In this document: piece after piece, positions 54,471 to 64,000 of the stretch
Layout of the letters: each line of letters begins with the position of its first letter
Position numbering within the stretch: the first letter of the stretch is position 1
Assembly: GCF_964355755.1 (NCBI RefSeq)
Contig: NC_092676.1
Span: 19,300,871-19,364,870 of the forward strand
DNA length: 64,000 nucleotides
Reading direction: 5' to 3'
Source of the DNA: Antedon mediterranea
Lineage: Eukaryota; Animalia; Echinodermata
Program-made: the position numbers and the translations under genes
Notes under the pieces: generated by a model
What the model saw: only the letters and a program-made list of their open reading frames with translations
Database searches by the model: none
Told to the model about the DNA's origin: nothing

Positions 54471-55682
54471 CTAGATTTGAACTCGTCACTACGGACGAGT
54501 TAGGTTATCCGCAGCGCAAAAGCCACGCGCATGAGTTAGAATATTGCGCGCAGAAAAACGATTATGCCATTGAAAAAAATGTTAGTGAGCCCTCTATTTT
54601 GTGTCACGTCTAAGTATATACGGTATACACTATAATTATATTGTATACGTACTACATACAGTGAAGAATATGTGAAAATATGTGGCCCAAGCTATTGACG
54701 CTTTTGGACATGATGAAGTCATCAACATTTTAAAAACGGTATATCATGCGAAAGATAATTGATTGGCATAGACAATATAAAAAAATGGAGGGAAATGGAA
54801 TTTGGATAAGTGGAAATGCGCTCTATTAAATGTGATGAGCTATGACGAAAGAGACAAAAATCCTATATTTTATATTCGAGTGGCCATACGATGACGTCAC
54901 TATGTCCTGTTAGCCATATCGATGCATGATTCGATATCTACAACTCATCAACTTCCAGAATGTGTAATTTAAAAGAAGTTCACCTCGTAGTTTACAATCT
55001 ATGACTGTTTTAAAAAAGGCATAATTTTGACAGATTTTTCAACTTTTTCTTCAAAAACGCGCGCAAATTGTTCAATTCTACGTGCTCGTATGACGTGAAT
55101 TTAAGTCGAAATTGATTGAAAATTGGTAAATTTACTAGAAAAGGCTGAAAAAACAAAAATCAAGCAAAAAAAACATGTTTTTGAGCTACGTGCGCACATG
55201 CGCGTAAAAAATATGCGCACGCGTGGGAATTTTTGAAATGCTCAAAATGACCTGAAACGCGTAGAAAGTTGATTAGAAATGGATTTTTCGCAATTTGAAA
55301 TTTTAAACGCGCGTGCGCGCGTAACTTTATGTCAAACATGCCATTTTTAATCCATAGAAAGTTTGCCCTTGATATGACTTAAATGTTCACCAAGTGTCAT
55401 TACAAAATGACTTTTGCTTTTTAGTCTATGTTAAATACGCGAAATTCATAAAATCGCGCGTAGCTTACGCTGCGCGACTCTAAAGAAAAAAAACGAGCTG
55501 TCCTGCACTTCTACAGATAGAGGTAAATCTTCTGACAAAGTTATACGATGTAATGTTGATCAGAATTTGAGATACACGTGACACAAAATTTTGGGAAAGA
55601 AAGAAGAATAACATAGAAAAAAAAAAAAAAAAAAAAGATCCTGACAATAACAAGAGGTTATCCGCCAAGTGCGGATAACCAA
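54471..55682 (-). mobile_element. Family A element, complete
   Basis: Both termini. Confidence 0.82.
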
Positions 55683-56834
55683 CTAGATTTGAACTCGTCA
55701 CTACGGACGAGTTAGGTTATCCGCAGCGCAAAAGCCACGTGCTAGTCATACGTTGGAATATTGCGCGCAGAAAAACGATTATGCCATTGAAAAAAATATT
55801 AGTGCGCCCTCTATTTTGCGTCACGTCTGAGTATATACGGTATACACTATATACTGTATACGTACTACATACAGTGCAGAATAGGTGAAAAGAAGTGACC
55901 AAAGTTATTGACGCTTTTGAACATGATGACGTCATAACAATTTTAAAAATGGTAAATCATGCGAAAGATAATTGATTGACCTAGACAAAATAAAAAAATT
56001 GAGGGAAATGGAATACGGATAAGTGGAGATGCGCTCTATTAAATGTGACGAGCTATGACGAAAGAGACAAAAATCCTATATTTCATATTCGAGTGGCCAA
56101 ACGATGACGTCACAATGTCCGGTTAGCCATATCGATGCATGATTCGATATCTACAACTCATTATCTTCCAGAATGTGTAATTTAAAAAAAGTTCTCCTCG
56201 TAGTTTACAATCTATGACTGTTTTAAAAAAGGCATAATTTTGACGAATTTTTGAACTTTTTCTTAAAAAATGCGCGCAAATTGTTTAATTCTACGTGCTC
56301 GTATGACGTGATTTTAAGTCAAAATTGATTGAAAATTGGTAAATTTACTAGAAAAGGCTGAAAAAACAAAAATCAAGCAAAAAAAAGATGTTTTTGCGTT
56401 ACGTGCGCACGCGCGCGTAAAAAAAATGCGCACGCGTGGGAATTTTTGAAATGCTCAAAATGACCTGAAACGCGTAGAAAGTTGATTAGAAATGGATTTT
56501 TCGCAATTTGAAATTTTAAACGCGCGTGCGCGCGTAACTTTATGTCAAACATGCAATTTTTAATCCATAGAAAGTTTGCCCTTGATATGACTTAAATGTT
56601 CACCAAGTGTCATTACAAAATGACTTTTGCTTTTTAGTATATGTTAAATACGCGAAATTCATAAAATCGCGCGTAGCTTACGCTGCGCGACTCTAAAGTA
56701 AAAAAACGAGCTGTCCTGCACTTCTACAGATAGAGGTAAATCTTCTGACAAAGTTATACGATGTAATGTTGATCAGAATTTGAGATACACGTGACACAAA
56801 ATTTTGGGAAAGAAAGAAGAATAACATAGAAAAA
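55683..56834 (-). mobile_element. Family A element, headless
   Basis: Ends CATAGAAAAA|CTAG. Confidence 0.8.
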
Positions 56835-59800
56835 CTAGACTTGAACTCGTCACTACGGACGAGTTAGGTTATCCGCAGCGCAAAAGCCACGTGCACGTCG
56901 TACGTTAGAATATTGCGGGCAAAAAAACGATTATGGCATTGAAAAAATGTTAGTGCGCTCTCTATTTTGTGTCAAGTCAAAGTGTATACGGTATACACTA
57001 TATACTGTATACGTACTACGTACAGTGCAGAATAGGTGAAAATAAGTGACCAAAGTTATTGACGCTTTTGGACATGATGACGTCATCAAAATTTTTAAAA
57101 TGGTGAATCGTGCGAAAGATAATTGATTGACCTAGACAATATAAAGAAATGGAGGGCAATGGAATACGGATAAGTGGAGATGCGCTCTATTAAATGTGAT
57201 GAGCTATACGAAAGAGAAAAAAATCCTATATTTTATATTCCAGTGGCCATACGATGACGTCACAATGTCCTGTTAGCCATATTGATACATGATTCGATAT
57301 CTACAACTCATCTACTACCAGAATATGTAATAATAAAAAAGTTTACCACGTAGTTTAGAATCTATGACTGTTTAAAAAAAGGCATAATTTTGACAATTTT
57401 TTGGACTTTTTCATCAAAATTGCGCGCAAATTGTTTAATTCAACGTGCTCGTATGACGAGATTTTAAGGCAAAATTGATTGAAAATTGGTAAATTTATTA
57501 TAAAAGACAGAAAAAACAAAAATCAAGCAAAAAAAAGATGTTTTTGCGCTACGTGCGCACGCGCGCGTAAGAAAATTGCGCACGCGTGGGAATTTTTGAA
57601 ATGCTCAAAATGACATGAAACGCGTAGAAAGTTGATTAGATATTGATTTTTCGCATTTTGAAATTTTAAATACGCGTGCGCGCGTAAATTTTTATGAAAC
57701 ATGCCATTTTTAATCCATAGAAAGTTTGCGCATTATATGACTTAAATGTTCACCAAGTTTCAATACAAAACGACTTTTAGTTTTTATTCTATGATCAATC
57801 ATTGAAATTCACAAAATCGCGCGTAACTTACGCTGCGCGACTCGAAATTTGAAAAAAAAAGTTTCTTGCACATCTACAGCTACAGGGCAATCTTTTGACA
57901 AAGTTATACAATCATATGTTGGCCAGAATTAGAGATACGCTGCGCACAAAAAATGGGGGAGAAGGGTGGAAGGAAACAAATAAATACTAGATTTGAACTC
58001 GTCACTACGGACGAGTTAGGTTATCCGCAGCGCAAAAGCCACGTGCACGTCGTACGTTAGAATATTGCGCGCAAAAAAACGATTATGGCATTGAAAAAAT
58101 GTTAGTGCGCTCTCTATTTTGTGTCACGTCAAAGTGTATACGGTATACACTATACTGTATACGTACTACATACAGTGCAGAATAGGTGAAAATAAGTGAC
58201 CAAAGTTATTGACGCTTTTGGACATGATGACGTCATCACAATTTCTAAAATGGTGAATCATGCGAAAGATAATTGATTGACCTAGACAATATAAAGAAAT
58301 GGAGGGCAATGGAATACGGATAAGTGGAGATGCGCTCTATTAAATGTGATGAGCTATACGAAAGAGAAAAAAATCCTATATTTTATATTCTAGTGGCCAT
58401 ACGATGACGTCACAATGTCCTGTTCGCCATATTGATACATGATTCGATATCTACAACTCATCTACTACCAGAATATGTAATTATAAAAATGTTTACCACG
58501 TAGTTAAGAATCTATGACTGTTTAAAAAAAGGCATAATTTTGACAAATTTTTGGACTTTTTCATCAAAATTGCGCGCAAATTGTTTAATTCTACGTGCTC
58601 GTATGACGAGATTTTAATGCAAAATTGATTGAAAATTGGTAAATTTATTATAAAAGACAGAAAAAACAAAAATCAAGCAAAAAAAAGATGTTTTTGCGCT
58701 ACGTGCGCACGCGCGCGTAAGAAAAGTGCGCACGCCTGGGAATTTTTGAAATGCTCAAAATGACATGAAACGCGTAGAAAATTGATTAGAAATTGATTTT
58801 TCGCATTTTGAAATTTTAAACGCGCGTGCGCGCGTAACTTTCTGTAGAACATGCCATTTTCTCTCCATAAAAAGTTAGCGCATGATATGACTTAAATTTT
58901 CACGAAGTTTCTATACAAAATGACATTTAGTTTTTATTCTATGATCAATCATTGAAATTCATAAAATCGCGCGTAACTTACGCTGCGCGATTCAAAATTT
59001 ATAAAAAAAAGTTTCTTGCACATCTACATCTACAGGGCAATCTTTTGACAAAGTTATACAATCATATGTTGGACAGAATTAGAGATACGCTGCGAACAAA
59101 AAATGGGGGAGAAGGGTGTAAAGAAAGAAATAAATACTAGATTTGAACTCGTCACTACGGACGAGTTAGGTTATCCGCAGCGCAAAGGCCACGGGCACGT
59201 CATACGTTAGAATATTGCGCGCAGAAAAACCATTAAGTCATTGAAACAATTTCAGTGTGCTCTCTATTTTTCGTCACGTCTGAATATATACGGTATACGC
59301 TATATACTGTATACGTACTACATACAGTGCAGAATAGGTGAAAATAAGTGACCAAAGTTATTGACGCTTTTGGACATGATGACGTCATCACAATTTCTAA
59401 AATGGTTAATCATGCGAAAGATAATTGATTTACCTAGACAATATAAAGAAATGGAGGGCAATGGAATACGGATAACCGGAGATGCGCTCTATTAAATGTG
59501 ATGAGCTATACGAAAGAGAAAAAAATCCTATATTTTATATTCGAGTAGCCATACGATGACGTCACAATGTCCTGTTAGCCATATTGATACATGATTCGAT
59601 ATCTACAACTCATCTACTACCAGAATATGTAATTACAAAAAAGTTCACCACGTAGTTTAGAATCTATGACTGTTTAAAAAAAAGCATAATTTTGACAAAT
59701 TTTTAGACTTTTTCATCAAAATTGCGCGCAAATTGTTTAATTCTACGTGCTCGTATGACGAGATTTTAAGGCAAAATTGATTGAAAGTTGATAAATTTAT

Positions 59801-60288
59801 TATAAAAGACAGAAAAAACAAAAATCAAGCAAAAAAAAGATGTTTTTGCGCTACGTGCGCACGTGCGCGTAAGAAAAGTGCGCAAGCGTGGGAATTTTTG
59901 AAATGCTCAAAATGACATGAAACGCGTAGAAAGTTGATTAGAAATTGATTTTTCGCATTTTGAAATTTTAAACGCGCGTGCGCGCGTAACTTTTTGCGAA
60001 ACCTGCCATATTTAATCTACAGAAAGTTTGCGCTTTATATGACTTAAATTTTCACCAAGTTTCAATACAAAATGACTTTTGGTTTTTAATCTATGATCAA
60101 TAATTGAAATTCATAAAATCGCGCGTAACTTACGCTGCGCGACTCGAAATTTGAAAAAAAAAGTTTCTTGCACATCTACAGATATAGTGCAATCTTTTGA
60201 CAAAGTTATACAATCTTCTGTTGGCTAGAATTAGAGATACGCTGCCCACAAAAAATGGGAGAGAAGTGTGGAAAGAAAGAAATAAATA
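56835..60288 (-). mobile_element. Three consecutive family A elements with variant AAATAAATA end (56835-57986, 57987-59136, 59137-60288)
   Basis: Each ends AAATAAATA|CTAG. Confidence 0.78.
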
Positions 60289-61501
60289 CTAGATTTGAAC
60301 TCGTCACTACGGACGAGTTAGGTTATCCGCAGAGCAAACGCCACGTGCACGTCATACGTTAGAGTATTGCGCAGAGAAAACCATTATGCCATTGAAAAAA
60401 ATGTTAGTGAGCCCTCTATTTTGTGTCACGTCTAAGTATATACGGTATACGCTATACTGTATACGTACTACATACAGTTCAGAATAGGTGAAAATAAGTG
60501 ACCAAAGTTATTGACGCTTTTGCAAATGATGACGTCATAACAATCTTAAAAATTGTTAACCATGCAAAAGATAATTGATTGACCTAGAAAATATAACAAA
60601 ATGGGGGGAAATGGAATACGGATAAGTGGAGATGCGCTCTATTAAATGTGATGAGCTATGCGAAAGAGACAAAAATCCTATATTTTATATTCCAGTGGCC
60701 ATACGATGACGTCACAATGTCCGGTTAGCCATATGGATGCATGATTTGATATCTACAACTCATCTACATTCAGAATATGTAATTTTAAAAAAGTTCACCA
60801 CGTAGTTTAGAATCTATGACTGTTTAAAAAAAGGCATAATTTTGACAAATTTTTGAACTTTTTCATCAAAAATGCGCGTAAATTGTTTAATTCTACGTGC
60901 TCGTATGACGTGATTTTAAGTTGAAATTGTTTGAAAGTTGGTAAATTTACTAAAAAAGACAGGAAAAACAAAAATCAAGCAAAAAAATGATGTTTTTGCG
61001 CTACGTGCGCACGCGCGCGTAAAAAAATTGCGCACGCGTGGGAATTTTTCAAATGCTCAAAATGACATGAAACGCGTAGAAAGTTGATTAGAAATTGATT
61101 TTTCGCATTTTGAAATTTTAAACGCGCGTGCACGCGTAACTTTTTGTAAAACATGCCATTTTTAATCCATAGAAAGTTTGCGCTTGATATGACTTAAATT
61201 TTCACCAAGTTTCAATACAAAATGACTTTTGATTTTTAATCTATGATCAATCATTGAAATTCCTAAAATTGCGCGTAACTTACGCTGCGCGACTCTAAAG
61301 TTAAAAAACGAAACGTCCTGCACATCTACAGCTAGAGGTCAATCTTATGACAAAGTTACACAATCTTATATTGGCCAGAATTAGAGATACGCTGCGAACA
61401 AAATTCCGGGAAAGAAAGAAGAATAAGATAGAAAAAAAAAAAAAAGAAAAAAAAAGATCCTGACAATAACAAGGGGTTATCCGCCAAGTGCGGATAACCA
61501 A
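60289..61501 (-). mobile_element. Family A element, complete
   Basis: Both termini. Confidence 0.82.
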
Positions 61502-62719
61502 CTAGATTTGAACTCGTCACTACGGACGAGTTAGGTTATCCGCATCGCAAAACCCATGCGCATGACACCTAAGTTAGAATATTGCGCGCAGAAAAACGAT
61601 TATGCCATTGAAAAAATGTTAGTGAGCCCTCTATTTTGTGTCGCGTCTAAGTGTGTACGGTATACACTATATACTGTATACGTACTACATACAGTGCAGA
61701 ATAGGTGAAAATAAGTGACCAAAGTTATTGACGCATTTGAACATGATGACGTCATCACAATTTTAAAAATGGTGAATCATGCGAAAGATAATTGATTGAT
61801 CTAGACAATATAAAAAAATTGAGTGAAATGGAATACGGATAAGTGGAGATGCGCTCTATTAAATTTGACGAGCTATGACGAAAGAGAAAAAATCCTATAT
61901 TTTATATTCGGGTGGCCATACGATGATGTCACAATGTCCGGTTAGCCATACCAATGCATGATTCGAGAAAAACAACTCATCTACTTCCAGAATATGTAAT
62001 TTTAAAAAAGTTCACCACGTAGTTTAGAATTTATGACTGTTTAAAAAAAGGTCTAATTTTGACGATTTTTTGAAGTTTTTCATCAAAAACACGCGCAAAT
62101 TATCCAATTCTACGTGCTCGTGTGACGTGATTTTAAGTCGAAATTGATTGAAAATTCCTAAATTTACTAGAAAAGGCTGAAAAAACAAAAATCAAATTTA
62201 AAAAAAGATGTTTTTGCGCTACGTGCGCATGCGCGCGTAAAAAAATTGCGCACGCGTGGGAATTTTTGAAATGCTCAAAATGACATGAAACGCATAGAAA
62301 GTTGATTAGAAATTGATTTTTCGCATTTTGAAATTTCAAACGCGCGTGCGCGCGTAACTTTTTGTGAAACATGCCATTTTTAATCCATAGAAAGTTTGCG
62401 CATGATCTCACTTAAATTTTCACAAAGTTTCAATACAAAACAACTTTTAGTTTTTATTCTATGATCAATCATTGAAATTCATGAAATCGCGCGTAACTTA
62501 CGCTGCGCAACTCCAAAATCGTCCAAAAGCTTGGCTGCACATCTACAGCTATAGGTCAACCTTATGACAAAGTTATACAATCTTATGTTGGCCACAAGAT
62601 AGAGATGTGCTGCGAACAAAATTCGGGGAAAGAAAGAAGAATAACATAGAAAAAAAAAAAAAAAAAAAAAAAAGATCCTGACAATAACAAGGGGTTATCC
62701 GCCAAGTGCGGATAACCAA
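61502..62719 (-). mobile_element. Family A element, complete
   Basis: Both termini. Confidence 0.82.
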
Positions 62720-63927
62720 CTAGATTTGAACTCGTCACTACGGACGAGTTAGGTTATCCGCAGCGCAAAAGCCACGTGCACGTCATACGTTGGAATATTG
62801 CGCGCAGAAAAACGATTATGCCATTGAAAAAAATGTTAGTGCGCCCTCTATTTTGCGTCACGTCTGAGTATATACGGTATACACTATATACTGTATACGT
62901 ACTACATACAGTGCAGAATAGGTGAAAAGAAGTGACCAAAGTTATTGACGCTTTTGAACATGATGACGTCATAACAATTTTAAAAATGGTAAATCATGCG
63001 AAAGATAATTGATTGACCTAGACAAAATAAAAAAATTGAGGGAAATGGAATACGGATAAGTGGAGATGCGCTCTATTAAATGTGACGAGCTATGACGAAA
63101 GAGAAAAAAATCCTATATTTTATATTCGGGTGGCCATACGATGACGTCACAATGTCTGGTTAGCCATATCAATGCATGATTCGAGAAAAACAACTCATCT
63201 ATTTCCAGAATCTGAAATTTTAAATATTTTCACCTCGGAGTTTAGAATCTATGACTGTTTTAAAAAAGGCATAATTTTGACGAATTTTTGAACTTTTTCT
63301 TCAAAAACGCGCGCAAATTGTTCAATTCTACGTGCTCGTATGACGTGATTTTAAGTCGAAATTGATTGAAAATTGGTAAATGTACTAGAAAAGGCTGAAA
63401 AAACAAAAATCAAGCAAAAAAAAGATGTTTTTGCGCTACATGCGCACGCGCGCGTAAAAAATATGCGCACGCGTGGGAATTTTTGAAATGCTCAAAATGA
63501 CCTGAAACGCGTAGAAAGTTGATTAGAAATGAATTTTTCGCAATTTGAAATTTTAAACGCGCGTGCGCGCGTAACTTTATGTCAAACATGCCATTTTTAA
63601 TCCATAGAAAGTTTGCCCTTGATATGACTTAAATGTTCACCAAGTGTCATTACAAAATGACTTTTGCTTTTTAGTCTATGTTAAATACGCGAAATTCATA
63701 AAATCGCGCGTAGCTTACGCTGCGTTACTCTAAAGTAAAAAAACGAGCTGTCCTGCACTTCTACACATAGAGGTAAATCTTCTGACAAAGTTATACGATG
63801 TAATGTTGATCAGAATTTGAGATACACGTGACACAAAATTTTGGGAAAGAAAGAAGAATAACATAGAAAAAAAAAAAAAAAGATCCTGACAATAACAAGA
63901 GGTTATCCGCCAAGTGCGGATAACCAA
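62720..63927 (-). mobile_element. Family A element, complete
   Basis: Both termini; residual A-run to 63937. Confidence 0.82.
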
Positions 63928-63937
63928 AAAAAAAAAA

Positions 63938-64000
63938 CTAGATTTGAACTCGTCACTACGGACGAGTTAGGTTATCCGCAGTGCAAAAGCCACGTGCACG
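63938..64000 (-). mobile_element. Family A element 3' terminus, cut by window edge
   Basis: CTAG, hairpin and subTIR present. Confidence 0.78.

Larger units (their letters stand above)
1..64000 (-). repeat. Array/nest of ~49 non-autonomous Helitron/Helentron-like elements (families A, B, C) filling the whole window
   Basis: 48 copies of the CTAG + AACTCGTC/GACGAGTT hairpin + GTTATCCGC terminus, mostly spaced ~1.15-1.6 kb; shared body motifs; no unique sequence in the window. Confidence 0.93.

Noticed and set aside
533-63927. All ORFs in the supplied track (60-113 aa)
   Set aside because: They are short, recur at equivalent repeat positions, are often poly-F/poly-K from A-tracts, and are broken by frameshifts and stops between copies. 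No HUH, helicase, transposase or RT motifs are visible.
1-64000. Ordinary satellite amplified by unequal crossover, or a HeT-A/TART-like telomeric array
   Set aside because: Variable junctions, cross-family head stacks and internal nesting do not fit either model, and no telomeric repeat is seen. Chromosomal position is unknown.

Overview
The whole 64 kb is non-coding, AT-rich, probably eukaryotic repeat DNA. It contains about 49 copies (48 CTAG termini) of three related non-autonomous rolling-circle (Helitron/Helentron-type) elements: family A (~1.2 kb; 1-11640 and 40107-64000) and families B and C (~1.55-1.6 kb; 11656-40106). On their own strand (minus for all but two copies) they run 5'-TT(G/A)GTTATCCGC hairpin 'head', T-rich microsatellite, body with degenerate ~178-bp subrepeats, subterminal inverted repeat, hairpin, CTAG-3'. 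It looks like a tandem satellite but reads as a Russian-doll nest. Elements insert without target duplication, always just 5' of a T on the element strand, and mostly into the T-rich tract behind another copy's head. This leaves headless bodies and displaced stacks of orphan heads that can be re-paired like brackets. One B element appears split by 26.9 kb of later insertions. An inverted two-unit block suggests 3'-end bypass. No RepHel transposase or other real gene is present, and the listed ORFs are repeat-derived noise. Family identity, host and novelty cannot be established without database searches.
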